A DNA stretch of 64,000 nt from an uncultured Methanoregulaceae archaeon. GTDB lineage: Archaea > Halobacteriota > Methanomicrobia > Methanomicrobiales > Methanospirillaceae. The notes under the pieces are model-generated. The model ran no database searches. It had not been told where the DNA came from and worked only from the letters and a program-made list of their open reading frames with translations. The position numbers and the translations under genes are program-made. The DNA lies in assembly GCA_963705255.1 (NCBI GenBank), contig OY970061.1, positions 2,144,001 to 2,208,000 on the forward strand. Direction: 5' to 3'. Each line of letters begins with the position of its first letter. The first letter of the stretch is position 1. Positions 28,657 through 40,089 of this stretch are shown piece after piece.

Positions 28657-30068
28657 TCAGAACTCCCCGTCCTGCTCGAAACTCCGCCCGTACCGGATCG
28701 CCAGCTCAGCCTTGTAGAGCTCACGGCCGAGGTAGCCGGCATGATCCAGCAGGGAGACGTCCCCCTGAGACAGGAGGGTGTACAGAACATCCTGCCAGCA
28801 CTTTCCCTGCACGGCCTTTCCATGGATCACTGCCACGATCCGGTTGCCTTCGATGCCAATCCGGAAGTTCCCTTTCGGATCGTACCCGATCTCCTCCGGC
28901 ATCTTCTTTGCGGGGATGATCGTGTCGTAGTCCAGCGGGGGCTCGCACCGTCGCCGTTTCTCCTTCAGGACGAGGAGGTCGATGCCGAGGTCTTTGGGGT
29001 ACGGGCGGTCACGGGCAAGGGCCATCATCTCCGTCGCTCTCCGCATCTCGTGGATGGATCCCCGGGTCTTGTCCGAATGCTCGCTGGTGAAGACCACTGC
29101 TGCACCCAGCTCCATTGCCATCGCTGCTAGGAGGGCGTTGAGACCGATCGAGTCAGCATCCAGGAGCTCTGATACGTTTCCTGCCCCGAAAAAGAGGGGA
29201 CAGCCGATCTTTTTGAAATTTTTCAGAGATTTGACAATGCCTGACCCTGCCGGCTGCAGGAGGGGATCGGCAATGATGCACGAGATCCCCATCTGTTTTG
29301 CCATCGCAATGTTCTTCGCGAGAGTGCTTGAACCGGTACAATAACCGCAGCTGCACCTGCCTCAGCCACCTCTTTCCCGACTTTGGGTATGTTGCGTTCC
29401 TGCAGGCTGAGCACAATATCTGCCCGCCCGAGCGCCGCGCGGATCAGGGCAGGGTCCTGCGTGTCCACGGCAAGCGGAAGATCGATCTCTTCGAGGAGAG
29501 AAAAGGTATTCCTTACATCTTCCGGCGTTGCATCGAACCCGAACCCGAGATCAACAATGTCTGCACCCGATGCGAAGTACATCTCTGTCATCTCGCGGAC
29601 ACTCTCGCACCGGTGCGCATCCATCATCTCAGCGAGCACCTTCATCCTCGATTCTCCGCCAATCTTCACGCCGCGGATAATGCAGTCAGCTCCGGAGTCC
29701 CTCTCCAGTTCCCCGACCCGGCGCATCGCCTCTTCTGCTTTTTTTGTTGCGAGGAAATCATCGGCCGGAACCGTGCGTGAAAGAGTGACCGAACCGAGGA
29801 CCGGTAGGATCAACGCGAGGTCAGCAGCATGCCGGGGCCCGAGATATACCGGGACTCCACTCTCGTGTTCTACCTGTTCAAATGATGCCGTGCACATGCC
29901 GGAGACGATGGCAAGATCGTACGCGCCTTTCTTCAGGAGTTCCCGGAGGCGGTGCGGCGTCAGGAACGAAGCGATCTCTCCTGTGACCACCACATCAGCG
30001 TCATACCCGGCTGCAGCCTTTCTTACCATCTGTTCGGTGGGAGCACCGGTCGGGAGGAGAATGCGCAT
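28657..30068 (-). CDS. Dihydropteroate synthase-like protein (frameshift near 29330)
   Basis: GPRHAADL, GADIVDLG, GAGNVSELLDADS, DPKGNFRI, HAGYLGREL. Confidence 0.88.
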
Positions 30069-30109
30069 AAGTTCCCTTAATACCAGAGAGATAAAAACAC
30101 TATGATCAG

Positions 30110-30786
30110 ATGCTGATCTGCGACCTGCATGTGCACACCAACTATTCCAAGGACGGCGAAAGCAGCATCGAGGACATCCTCAAAAGGGCTGAAGAGGCAG
30201 GACTTGATGTAATCGCAATCACGGATCACGATTCGGTGGACGGGGCCAAGAAAGCTCTCACAATCCCCTCGGCAGTCCTGGTCATTCCCGGGATAGAAGT
30301 CTCGACAAGACAGGGCCATCTCCTGGTCCTCGGCGTCACTGAGGTCATCCCGTCCATGCTCGATGTGGTGGAAACCATCACTATCGCCCGGCGCATGGGT
30401 GCCCTCCTCATCCTCCCCCACCCCTACCATGTCTGGCGGCACGGGGTCGCCCGGCGCAAGAAATCAGGAATGACGGCAGTCGACGCCGTCGAGGCATTCA
30501 ACAGCAGGTATATTGTCGGTTCGGCAAACAAGAAGCTGCCCGTATTGCCAAGAGGCTCGGCAAGCCCTGTGTCGGGGGCAGCGACGCACACCATGCAAAG
30601 TTTGTCGGTTTTGGCAGGACTTTTGTCGATGCGGACAGAAATGTTCCCGCGATTCTCGATGCGATCCGGGCCGGTAAAGTATCCTGCAGTGGCAGGAAGA
30701 CACCGCTGCGCACCTATACGCGCCAGTCCATCAAAAACACATGGAGAAAGATAAAGAGGATAACACGTCGGGTTCCCCTCCGGTAA
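30110..30786 (+). CDS. PHP-domain protein (frameshift near 30535)
   Basis: DLHVHT..S.DG, AITDHD, GIEVST..GH, GGSDAH in second frame. Confidence 0.85.
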
Positions 30787-31591
30787 GACTTGCGTTCCGG
30801 GTCTCGTATCTCGGAAGCGGGTTTTATGGTTCACAGATGCAGGTGGACCGGCGCACTGTGGAAGGGGAGTTTGTCGCAGCCTGTGTGCGGCTCAGCCTCT
30901 TTGACGACTGGAGGAAAGCTGGATTTCTCTTCGCGGGAAGGACTGACCGGGGTGTCCACGCCTGCGGTCAGGTTGCAGCCTTTTCGACCACGGAACCGGA
31001 ACGGGCGGTTCACGCCATCAACACCCAGCTTCCCCCGGATTGCTGGTGTTCCGGTTATTCGGAAGTATCTCCTGCTTTTCACCCGCGGTACGACGCGAAG
31101 TTCCGAACATACCGTTACTATTTCGAGGAAGGAAGGTATGATGTTGAGGCGATGGACCGTGCTGCCGGCCGGTTTCTGGGAAACCACAACTTCACCACTT
31201 TTGCGAGGGTAGAAGATAAAAACCCCTATCGGACGATCCTGGCAGCCGCGATCTTTGACCAGGAAGATTATGTCTTTCTTGAGGTGACCGCAGCGAGTTT
31301 CCTTTGGCACCAGGTGCGCTGCATGGCAACAGCGCTTATCAGGGTCGGACTGGGGAAGCTTCCGACAGTTCCATGACTGAACTCCTGTCGGCCCCAGCCG
31401 GAAAGCCCCTCCAGCCTGCATCTGCCGAAGGCCTGATCCTCTGGGAGACGGGTTGCGGCCTCACCTGGCACCCCCTCGGTGCGGGCAGACGCAGCATGAT
31501 TTTTCTGGATAACCTCAGGCGGCACCATGCACGGATGGAAAATGTGTGCAGGGTGATGACACTCCTTCCCGGCCATCATGATGAATGCTGA
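30741..31591 (+). CDS. truA: tRNA pseudouridine(38-40) synthase (frameshift near 31360)
   Basis: AGRTDRGVHA, FHPRYDA, SFLWHQVR, PASAEGLIL. Confidence 0.92.
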
Positions 31592-31658
31592 CCCGGCACC
31601 GGATGAAATACGCAAGCCTTTTTACAGGAGTTTTCAATAAACATACGTAGGTGCGCCA

Positions 31659-31937
31659 ATGGCAGTCATCAAGAGTATTGATATTATATCCTGGGCGAAA
31701 ATCCACGCCCTGTTTGGTATCGTGTTCGGATTCATCTATGGCGTCCTGTTCGCAGTAATAGGAGCAGCAATCGGGTTTCACCGGGCCATGCCCGGCGTGA
31801 CCGCATTCGGACTGATGTCCATCATCATCTTCCCGATCATCTTTGGTATCATGGCGTTCATCTGTGGGGCGATCATGGCCTTCCTGTATAATTTCTTTGC
31901 GAGCAAGATCGGCGGCGTCCAGATCGAGCTTGTCTGA
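31659..31937 (+). CDS. Small membrane protein (DUF3566-like)
   Basis: IKSIDIIS..K, LYN..A.KIGGVQIEL. Confidence 0.75.
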   Translation: MAVIKSIDIISWAKIHALFGIVFGFIYGVLFAVIGAAIGFHRAMPGVTAFGLMSIIIFPIIFGIMAFICGAIMAFLYNFFASKIGGVQIELV

Positions 31938-31965
31938 AAAAAATCCCCTTTTCTTTTACGCCCCT

Positions 31966-33180
31966 TCATTCAATATGGCGGGCACAGCCGCTTGCGACCG
32001 CTGCCTCGCTTACAGCCTTGGCTACTGCTGTAACAACATTACGATTGAGGATCTGGGGAAGAATCCTGTCCTTTTGCGGCCGTCTGACATATCCGGCAAG
32101 AGCATGTGCGGCAGCAACCTTCATCTCATCTGAGATCCTCGTCGCACATACATCAAGCGCACCGCGGAAGATACCCGGGAATGCAAGGGCATAGTTGATC
32201 TGGTTGGGAAAGTCACTGCGCCCGGTGCCGACTATGGCAGCACCCGCCTGGAGAGCGTCCCCGGGAAGGATTTCCGGGACCGGGTGCGCGAGTGCGAAGA
32301 TGATGGGATCCTTGTTCATCGAGCGGATCATCGATGCGGTGATAATCCCCGGAACAGACACCCCTATGCAGACGTCGGCGCCTTTCATGGCCTCGGCAAG
32401 TGTTCCCGTCCGCTCTGTCAGGTTGGTCTCCGCTCCGATGATGAACTTGTATTTATTTGCATACAGTCCTTCGCGATGCCGGTGAATGATCCCGCCGGTG
32501 TCACAGACGATGATGTCGTTGACGCTGCTGCAGAGGTTGGGATCGTACCCGATGCATTTCAGCATCCGCGCGATGGCAAACCCTGCAGCCCCTGCGCCAC
32601 ATATGACGATATTGAGTTCTTCGAACCGTTTCTTGGTAACCTTGCACGCGTTCAGGAGCGCGGCAAGGACAACGACGGAAGTGCCGTGCTGGTCATCGTG
32701 CATTACCGGAATGCCGATGCCCTGCAGCGACTCTTCAAGTTCGAAGCATTTTGGTGCGGCGATGTCCTCCAGTGCAATCCCACCAAAAACCGGGGCGATA
32801 TTCTTGATATCATCGGCAAATTCCGTGTGGTAACTTTCAAAGCAGATAGGAAATGCATCGATACCGGCAAGTTTTTTGAAGAGGAGTGCTTTTCCTTCCA
32901 TCACGGGGATGGCGGCATATCCCCCGATGTTCCCGAGAGAGAGTACCCGCGAGCCATCCGATATGATGGCGATGGTATTCGCCTTCATCGTGTATTTGTA
33001 AGCGAGGTCCTTATCACGGTGGATCTCCCTGCACACGGATGCGACTCCTGGTGTATAGGCTAGGGAGAGTTCCCTGCGGTTTGTGACAGGAACCTTTGAG
33101 TGGATCTCGATCTTTCCCTGGTGCTTCCGGTGAAGTTCGAGCGATTCTGCGTAAACGTCCTTCTTCTTTCCCCGGCTCAT
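31966..33180 (-). CDS. NAD(P)-dependent malic enzyme
   Basis: LAYTPGVA, VMEGKA, LEDIAAP, HDDQHGT, GAGAAG, GRSDFPNQIN. Confidence 0.93.
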   Translation of the reverse strand: MSRGKKKDVYAESLELHRKHQGKIEIHSKVPVTNRRELSLAYTPGVASVCREIHRDKDLAYKYTMKANTIAIISDGSRVLSLGNIGGYAAIPVMEGKALLFKKLAGIDAFPICFESYHTEFADDIKNIAPVFGGIALEDIAAPKCFELEESLQGIGIPVMHDDQHGTSVVVLAALLNACKVTKKRFEELNIVICGAGAAGFAIARMLKCIGYDPNLCSSVNDIIVCDTGGIIHRHREGLYANKYKFIIGAETNLTERTGTLAEAMKGADVCIGVSVPGIITASMIRSMNKDPIIFALAHPVPEILPGDALQAGAAIVGTGRSDFPNQINYALAFPGIFRGALDVCATRISDEMKVAAAHALAGYVRRPQKDRILPQILNRNVVTAVAKAVSEAAVASGCARHIE

Positions 33181-33250
33181 GCATAACCCTGCATTGAGTC
33201 AATGAACGCGATGGCATACCATCAATGTTATTGTCGGAAGGATCGTACGG

Positions 33251-33679
33251 TCACTGCGGCCCGTTTAACCCGAATGCAGCGTCGATCCAGGCGGTAATCT
33301 CATCCCGGACCCGGCGATATCCTTCGAGAATCTCATCATCAGTACCGGGTGTCAGGTGGGGATCGGGGAATCCCCGGTGAATGGTTCTTTTTGCGGCAGT
33401 CACAACCGGGCAGACCTGGCGGGCACGATCGCAGAGCGTAACGGCCAGATCAAAATGCATACCGGATACTGCATCAAGTGTCTTCGACCGATGGCCCGAG
33501 ATATCGATCCCGATCTCCTGCATCACAGTTATTGCACGTGCACTGACTTTGGACTGGCGGGTGCCGGCGGAAAAAGCCTCGAACCGGTCGCCATACCTTG
33601 CCCTCAGGTAACCCTCTGCCATCTGGGAACGTGCAGCGTTGGCGGTGCAGATGAAGAGGACCCGGGTTTTTTCCGTCAT
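33251..33679 (-). CDS. arsC: Arsenate reductase (LMW-PTP type)
   Basis: FICTANAARSQMAEG, FPDP, YRRVRDEI. Confidence 0.85.
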   Translation of the reverse strand: MTEKTRVLFICTANAARSQMAEGYLRARYGDRFEAFSAGTRQSKVSARAITVMQEIGIDISGHRSKTLDAVSGMHFDLAVTLCDRARQVCPVVTAAKRTIHRGFPDPHLTPGTDDEILEGYRRVRDEITAWIDAAFGLNGPQ

Positions 33680-34104
33680 TTTCCCTCGCAACACGATGAC
33701 TCTTCTTTGTCCCCCCCGCAGCTGCATTCCCCGCTGTCCATGTCCTTTCCCCGCAGGGCCGCGCTTATCATCGCCCAGGCACACCCGACCCCGCTCTGTA
33801 CGGTAATTGCCTGAACGGGACAGTTTAAAGCGCAGGCGCCGCACTCCATGCAAGAGGCAGGACGGGCGAGATCGACATGGTTATATCCCTCGGTATAAAC
33901 TGCGTGCGGGCAGACCTGAAGGCAGCGTTTGCAGTTGATGCACCGGTCTGGATCAAGTTTCAGCGTGGTCTCCCTATAGGAGTCGAAGAATCCTGCCGGA
34001 TTCTTCTCCCCGTCGAGGTTCTGAGAAACCTTTCCGGAGTCGGAGAACCCTGATGGCTTGTTCATCTCACCGGGGTTTTGAGGAACCTTTCCGGAATTGG
34101 GCAT
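33676..34104 (-). CDS. hgcB: Mercury-methylation ferredoxin
   Basis: CINCKRCLQVCPH, CMECGACALNCP, GVGCA, C-terminal CC; directly after hgcA. Confidence 0.92.
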   Translation of the reverse strand: MPNSGKVPQNPGEMNKPSGFSDSGKVSQNLDGEKNPAGFFDSYRETTLKLDPDRCINCKRCLQVCPHAVYTEGYNHVDLARPASCMECGACALNCPVQAITVQSGVGCAWAMISAALRGKDMDSGECSCGGDKEESSCCEGK

Positions 34105-35176
34105 CAGATCACCCCGATAAGACGGCTCACGCCAAGCACTATCCCAATAATTACCCCGGCACCGGCCATGAGTGCCATGACGGGTACGTACCGGAAGATC
34201 TCCTTCTTCACACCTGTCCGGGAAGTGAAAGTTGTTGAGCCGGTGAAATTCAGTGCAAGATATGCGGTTACAGCAGGTATGATGAGGAGCGGGGCGAGGG
34301 CTCCGGCGGTTGTTGCCCAGCCGGGCAGGGCCGGCGCGGAAGCGAAGGCAATTGCAAACGGAATTGCCATGACTCCCCCAAGAAGCAACCCTTTTGAGGA
34401 GAAGTCCTTTGTCGGGAGAACCGGTAGCAGAACCGGGAAGATCACCGTTCCTGCCATTACCGCGACAATGGCTGCAAGTGCAGCTACCGGGCCGGCAAGG
34501 AACCAGAGCGTGACGGCGGCGATAATCGCCGGAAGCGCGACATTGATGAATTCGACGGGGATAAGGACGGCGCGATCCCAGAGCGGGAACACCACCCTGC
34601 GCATCTCCGGTGTCGCCTTATGCACCCTGAGGTATTCCGGGAGGTCGCGCGCCCGTACCGGGCCGTATTCAACGGAAAAACCGGATTTGTGCAGGACTTC
34701 CGGCCATGAAATTCCCGGTGCCCGAGCTGGGGCACGATAATCTTCGTATGGTCCACGACACCTGCAAGCCCCGTGACTTCGATTCTCCGTACCAGTTCCT
34801 CCGTCCCGAACGTTCCCTTGCCCGCGGCGCACCAGACATTGATCCCTTTGGTATCCAGAACCAGAATGAACGCATCGAATCCTCCGAGTACAGAACGCAG
34901 GGCATCGAAACTCAGGGTATAATTTGCCGAAGCAAAGACCGGGGATTCCGGGGTGGGGTTCCCGAGCCGGTACAGGCCGGGCTCCACGCGGTGCCCGCCA
35001 CGGTTCACGCCCCAGCGGGCGAGGAGATGGTCGAGCCGGTTGGAGACGGTAATCGCGCTGTCAGTAGTCCGAATCTCCGGTGGTGACGAGCGGTCTGTCC
35101 CGCAACCGCAGGACGGAATAACCTGTCCGGGTGAACAGGTGCAGCGATCTGATCCGGCTGTTGGGATCGTATCTAT
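34104..35176 (-). CDS. hgcA: Mercury-methylation corrinoid protein (frameshift near 34715; start codon unclear)
   Basis: Cap helix NVWCAAGKGTFG, ANYTLSFD, GPVRARDL, TM domain with LNFTGSTTFTS. Confidence 0.93.
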
Positions 35177-35191
35177 AATCTCCCCTCCCCC

Positions 35192-35509
35192 TCACTCGCG
35201 CTCATGGAAGAGCGGGCCGAGCACCTCTTTTACCATACTACTCAGGTTCTCGGCTTTCATCAGTGCAAGGCAGCAGACACTGCCATTCTTCTCCCAGCTG
35301 ATCAGGGCGAGTTTGTCCCCGGTTTTGATCCCGGCTTTCTCACGGACATCCTTGGGGAGCACCATCTGTCCCCGCTCGTCCACCGAGAGGACCGCTTCGA
35401 CTTTACAGCCTGATCCCGGTGTGCATCCGCACTCAGTTCCCGGACTACACCCGATACCGCTGTTCTTCTTAAGCATCTGGATTCTCCGGATTATTGTTGG
35501 CACGTCCAC
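35192..35509 (-). CDS. hgcC: HgcAB-associated AbrB-family protein (start uncertain)
   Basis: CKVEAVLSVDERGQMVLPKDVREKAGI..GDKL...VCCL; upstream of hgcA. Confidence 0.8.
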   Translation of the reverse strand: MDVPTIIRRIQMLKKNSGIGCSPGTECGCTPGSGCKVEAVLSVDERGQMVLPKDVREKAGIKTGDKLALISWEKNGSVCCLALMKAENLSSMVKEVLGPLFHERE

Positions 35510-35641
35510 TATTTATATTTTCAGAAAAATCAGAAAATTCTTATTTTTTAAATATATGATGGCAAAGGAACTGCTGATACCAGTTTGTGCAATTGTGAAC
35601 CGTAATCCATTTGTCTTCCCTGGATAATACACTCACAATCT

Positions 35642-36160
35642 ATGGCGGCGTTCGAGTGCGACCATTGCGGGAAATGCTGCAGGAGCTTCGGTTCATTCAT
35701 CACCATCGAGCGCCAGCTGAACGACCGGGACTACTATTGCCGGTATGGTATCACCGGTGATCTGTTCCTCGTGCACGTTGACGCGGATTTTGCAGAAGAG
35801 GTATCTGAAAAATTTTCTGACGGTCCAGGGGCAGACCCTGTAAAAAAACCCTGTCCATTCCTGTGCAGGGGGAAGGATGGTGAAGGATTTTCCTGCGCAG
35901 TCTATCCTGCACGACCGCGGGTATGCCGGGAGTTCCGCTGTTACCGGATGCTGATCTTCAATCATGGGGGACAGCGTTGCGGGACGGTAATCGGGGCGCA
36001 GGAAATTAGCACGTCAGACGAAGTTCTTGCACAGCTCTGGAAAGAAGAGATCGCATCCCTGCCCCATGCACATCCCCCGGGCGCGAATGATCCCGAATGG
36101 GTGAAGAAGGTTACCGGCATCCTCGCAGTTCATGGATACCGCGGGGAACCGGCAGAATAA
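35642..36160 (+). CDS. YkgJ-family cysteine cluster protein
   Basis: FECDHCGKCC, CPFL, CAVYPARPRVCREF. Confidence 0.85.
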   Translation: MAAFECDHCGKCCRSFGSFITIERQLNDRDYYCRYGITGDLFLVHVDADFAEEVSEKFSDGPGADPVKKPCPFLCRGKDGEGFSCAVYPARPRVCREFRCYRMLIFNHGGQRCGTVIGAQEISTSDEVLAQLWKEEIASLPHAHPPGANDPEWVKKVTGILAVHGYRGEPAE

Positions 36161-36164
36161 ACTT

Positions 36165-36728
36165 TTATCTGGAAGAAGTGGAAGCGTTGGTGGCAGCAGT
36201 GGCGGGAGCTACGTAAACGTTGGGCTTGCACCCTTCGTTGCGGTAAAGGGCCCACTCCTCACATGTCGTTCCGTTGGGGAACGTGCACATGCCGTACTGG
36301 CTGCCGTCCGGGTTGGACATGATCTGGGTCGTTCCACCAATGTTTCCGCAGTTGACCGAGGCAGGATTGGCCATGCCGATAGTGGCAGGCTTTGTTGCGG
36401 CCTGCACGTACGGTTTGCAGACGTGGTCGTTGAAGAGGGCCCACTCCTCGCATGTCGTTCCATTAGGGAACGTGCACATGCCGTACTGGCTGCCGTCCGG
36501 GTTGGACATGATCTGGGTCGTTCCACCAATGTTTCCGCAGTTGACTGATGCCGGGTTTGCCATGCCCGCACTTACCAGCGCTGGGGTTGTAGCGGGTGTT
36601 CCCTGAGCCGGAACAACGGTAGTCTGTACCGGGGTCTGTGCGGGCTGCTGCGTACACCCCGCAATGAGCAATACTGCGACGATACAGGCTAGAATAACAA
36701 AAATGCTGGTTCTGGACATCGTACTCAT
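36165..36728 (-). CDS. Lipoprotein with two DUF333 repeats
   Basis: IAGC lipobox; MANPASVNC...GMCTFPNG..CEEWAL twice. Confidence 0.88.
   Translation of the reverse strand: MSTMSRTSIFVILACIVAVLLIAGCTQQPAQTPVQTTVVPAQGTPATTPALVSAGMANPASVNCGNIGGTTQIMSNPDGSQYGMCTFPNGTTCEEWALFNDHVCKPYVQAATKPATIGMANPASVNCGNIGGTTQIMSNPDGSQYGMCTFPNGTTCEEWALYRNEGCKPNVYVAPATAATNASTSSR
36251..36565. repeat. Intragenic direct repeat, 189-bp period
   Basis: Near-identical DNA blocks starting at 36251 and 36440. Confidence 0.9.
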
Positions 36729-36791
36729 CCAAGGATATCTGTAGGCAGGCACGCATTAAAAAGGTAGTTCATCCAGAAGTTTTGGATCGGG

Positions 36792-37585
36792 TCAGGGAAG
36801 CATCCCGGATCTCATCTGCGATACGTACCTCTTAAGTTCCCGGATCATTTTGTCCGGCGCATTCAGGTTCCGTTCAATGATATCAACAATCGCGCTGCCA
36901 ACGATCACTCCATCAGCCCCGGCTCCTGAGCAGGTCTTCGCATGATCGGGGGTTGATATACCAAAACCCAGGGCAAGGGGAAGATCAGTATGCCTGCGGA
37001 CCCGGTGCAGCAGTTCGATTGCACCCGACGACATCTCGTCTCTCATACCGGTCACGCCAAGAACTGATACGAGGTAGAGGTAACCCCCGGCCTTCCCGGC
37101 AATTTTCCTGATCCGCTCGTCTGACGTTGTCTGGGCGATGAGAAAGATCGGATCAATGGCAAAACGGGCTGCAGTTTCGCAGATCTCCGTGGACTCCTCG
37201 ACCGGCATATCCGCGATCAGGATGCCGTCGACCCCCGCATCGTGCGCTTCCCGGTAAAACCGCTCGATCCCCCGGTGGTAAACCGTATTGTAATACGTAA
37301 GGAAAACGATGGGTACCTCCGATGTTTTCCGGATATCCCTGACGATGGCAAAGACAACGTCGGGGCTTGTTCCGGCTGCACGTGCCCGTTCATCCGCCTT
37401 CTGGATGGTCGGCCCGTCAGCAACCGGATCAGAGAAGGGTACCCGAGCTCCAGAATGTCCGTCCCGCCCTCAATAAGAGCACGGGCGATCCGCACACAGG
37501 TCTCCTTATCCGGGTCCCCGGCCACAGTAAAACCGATGAAAGCCGGCGTCCTGCAGTTCTTGAAGGTGTCAGCAATCCGTCCCAT
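36792..37585 (-). CDS. trpA: Tryptophan synthase alpha chain (frameshift near 37440)
   Basis: AGDPD, LELG.PFSDP, GVTG, GFGIS, GVIVGSA. Confidence 0.93.
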
Positions 37586-38757
37586 CACGCACACTCCTGC
37601 GTCCTTGCCACTTCGGCAACGTCCTTGTCCCCGCGGCCGGAGAGGTTGATCACAACAATGTCGTCTTTATCAAAGCGGTCCGCGTTTTGCATGACATACG
37701 CTACCGCGTGGGCTGATTCGAGTGCGGGAATAATTCCCTCGGTCCGGGAAAGGAACCGGAACGCGTCGAGCACGTCAGGGTCGTTGACCGCGGTATAGGT
37801 CACCCGGTGACGGTCCCTGAGCATCGCGTGTTCGGGCCCTACTCCCGGGTAATCGAGGCCTGCAGATATACTATGGGTAGGGAGCACCTGTCCGTCAGTA
37901 TCCTGCAGCAGGTAGGAGAGCGCCCCGTGCAGCACTCCCGGCTCCCCGGCGCACAGCGTGGCCGCATGTTCGCCGGTCTCTATCCCTTTCCCTCCGGCTT
38001 CCACGCCGATCAGTTCCACGTCGTCCCTGAGGAACGGGTAGAAGATGCCGATCGCGTTCGAACCCCCGCCGACACAGGCCACTATCGTATCAGGGAGCCT
38101 GCCCTCTTTTCTCATCACCTGTTCGCGTGTCTCCCTGCCGATCACGGCCTGGAAGTCCCGGACAATACGGGGGTACGGGTGCGGGCCTACCACTGAACCG
38201 AAGAGGAAATAGGTGTCCTGTACGTTTGCCACCCAGTTGCGGAGCGCCTCATTGACTGCGTCCTTGAGGGTACGGGTCCCGGAAGTGACCGGGACAACCT
38301 TTGCCCCCATCAGCTCCATCCGGAAGACATTGAGTGCCTGCCGCTGCGTGTCGAGTTCACCCATATACACTTCAACGGACATCCCGAGCGCCGCCCCGAC
38401 GATCGCCGTTGCAACGCCGTGCTGCCCTGCACCCGTTTCGGCGATCAGTTTCTTCTTGCCCATGCGCTTTGCCAGCAGCGCCTGTCCGAGGGTATTGTTC
38501 AGCTTGTGCGATCCTCCGTGCACGAGGTCCTCCCGCTTGAGGTAGACCCTGCACCCGAGTTCCCGCGATACGTTCGCGCAGAACGTGAGCGGTGTCTCCC
38601 TGCCGGCGTACTCTTTCTGGAGTGCAGCAAGATCGGCAGCGAACTTCAGGTCATTCTCCACCTTTTCATAGGCTGCTTCGAGTTCGAGTAATGCGCTCAT
38701 CAGCGTCTCCGGGACGTATTGCCCGCCATATTTCCCGTACCGTCCTTTCTGTATCAT
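37585..38757 (-). CDS. trpB: Tryptophan synthase beta chain
   Basis: [37 protein letters not shown]. Confidence 0.97.
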   Translation of the reverse strand: MIQKGRYGKYGGQYVPETLMSALLELEAAYEKVENDLKFAADLAALQKEYAGRETPLTFCANVSRELGCRVYLKREDLVHGGSHKLNNTLGQALLAKRMGKKKLIAETGAGQHGVATAIVGAALGMSVEVYMGELDTQRQALNVFRMELMGAKVVPVTSGTRTLKDAVNEALRNWVANVQDTYFLFGSVVGPHPYPRIVRDFQAVIGRETREQVMRKEGRLPDTIVACVGGGSNAIGIFYPFLRDDVELIGVEAGGKGIETGEHAATLCAGEPGVLHGALSYLLQDTDGQVLPTHSISAGLDYPGVGPEHAMLRDRHRVTYTAVNDPDVLDAFRFLSRTEGIIPALESAHAVAYVMQNADRFDKDDIVVINLSGRGDKDVAEVARTQECA

Positions 38758-38758
38758 C

Positions 38759-39337
38759 TCAAAAACTCCTGCATGCAGCAATAAACGCCCGCATTTTCCC
38801 GTGGTCCTTGATCCCCGGCGACACTTCAACCCCGCTTGCTACGTCCACCGCGTACGGGTGAACCTGCTGGATCGCGTCGCGGACATTTTCTGCAGTCAGC
38901 CCCCCTGCAAGGATTACTGGTACCCTGGATTGCTGTACCGCGGCGCGGGCATAGGACGGATCATACTGTCGCCCTTTGCCATGGCTGTCATCGATAATGA
39001 CGGCATCGCAGTCTTCCGGCAGGAGATCACCCCGGCCGATGACCCGGATCACCCGGACCCCCGGATCTTCCCTGAATACGAAAGGGTGTGAGATCTGGAT
39101 AACATCCGGGTGCAGCGCAAGCATCTGTTCAAGATCCTGCCATGAATTCGTATGGCTGACTGCAACTGTGGCCGTGAACGGTCCTATCGAATCAAAGATC
39201 TCCCGTGCCCGTTCCGGAGAGACGACCCGGCGCGATATACCTCCGGAAAATACGACAACACCGATCGCATCGGCCCCGGCCTCTTCGGCAAAACATGCAT
39301 CTTCCGGCTGCGTAATCCCACAGATCTTTATGCGCAT
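38759..39337 (-). CDS. trpF: Phosphoribosylanthranilate isomerase
   Basis: [21 protein letters not shown]. Confidence 0.95.
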   Translation of the reverse strand: MRIKICGITQPEDACFAEEAGADAIGVVVFSGGISRRVVSPERAREIFDSIGPFTATVAVSHTNSWQDLEQMLALHPDVIQISHPFVFREDPGVRVIRVIGRGDLLPEDCDAVIIDDSHGKGRQYDPSYARAAVQQSRVPVILAGGLTAENVRDAIQQVHPYAVDVASGVEVSPGIKDHGKMRAFIAACRSF

Positions 39338-40089
39338 ACGAACTCCTCCAGTTTTTTTCTCGGCTGTTTATGGGCCATGATTGAAGAGCCAATCAGGAAC
39401 GCATCGCAATAGGGTTTCATCTCCCGGATGTCGTCGGCTGACCGCATCCCGCTTTCGGAGACCACCAGTTTTCCCTCTTTCCGGAGTTCCTCCGAAAGAA
39501 GGCGGGTGGTCGAACGATCGATCGTCATGGTCACGAGGTCCCGGTTGTTGATACCGACCAGCAGTGTCTCTGTAGCAAGGGCAGCATCGGCTTCAGCCCG
39601 GGTGTGCACCTCCACCAGAGGTTCAAGGCCGTAGTTCTTGGCGAGATCCACAAATACCGGGAGGCGTTTCCCCAGCACAGCGGCGATCAGGAGGACCGCA
39701 TCTGCACCGAGAGCCCCGGATTCGGCGACCTGGCGTTCGTCAATGATGAAGTCCTTGCGGAGCACCGGCAGGCAAACAGCACTCTTGACGCGCTCGATGT
39801 CCCGCCCTGTTCCCCCGAAAAAGTAGGGCTCGGTGAGGACCGAGATTGCGACGCAGCCCCCTCCCGCAAGTTCGCCGGCCATCATCGCCATGTCAACGTT
39901 GCGCCGGATGATGCCACCGCTTGGCGATGTGCACTTGATCTCGGCAATCACCGCGTTTTTGCCGTTTCTGTTCCGTATTGCAGCCGCGAGGCTTGCTCCC
40001 AGGCAGGGTTTTTCTGTGGTCTCGGGAAATGACTCCGGCAGTCTGGCAACCCGTTTCACGGTGCGCCGCACAATCTCGTCCAGTATCAT
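39328..40089 (-). CDS. trpC: Indole-3-glycerol phosphate synthase
   Basis: IAEIK..SPS.G, SVLTEP, LRKDFI, GINNRDL, SESG. Confidence 0.95.
   Translation of the reverse strand: MILDEIVRRTVKRVARLPESFPETTEKPCLGASLAAAIRNRNGKNAVIAEIKCTSPSGGIIRRNVDMAMMAGELAGGGCVAISVLTEPYFFGGTGRDIERVKSAVCLPVLRKDFIIDERQVAESGALGADAVLLIAAVLGKRLPVFVDLAKNYGLEPLVEVHTRAEADAALATETLLVGINNRDLVTMTIDRSTTRLLSEELRKEGKLVVSESGMRSADDIREMKPYCDAFLIGSSIMAHKQPRKKLEEFVCA

Noticed and set aside
2950-35176. Link between the UAU tRNA and the apparent ATA start of hgcA
   Set aside because: Initiation uses the initiator tRNA and the UAU tRNA has elongator type II features; coincidence or sequence error is more likely.
36251-36565. Direct repeat as CRISPR or mobile repeat
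   Set aside because: It is an in-frame duplication of the DUF333 domain; no repeat-spacer array was seen anywhere in the window.
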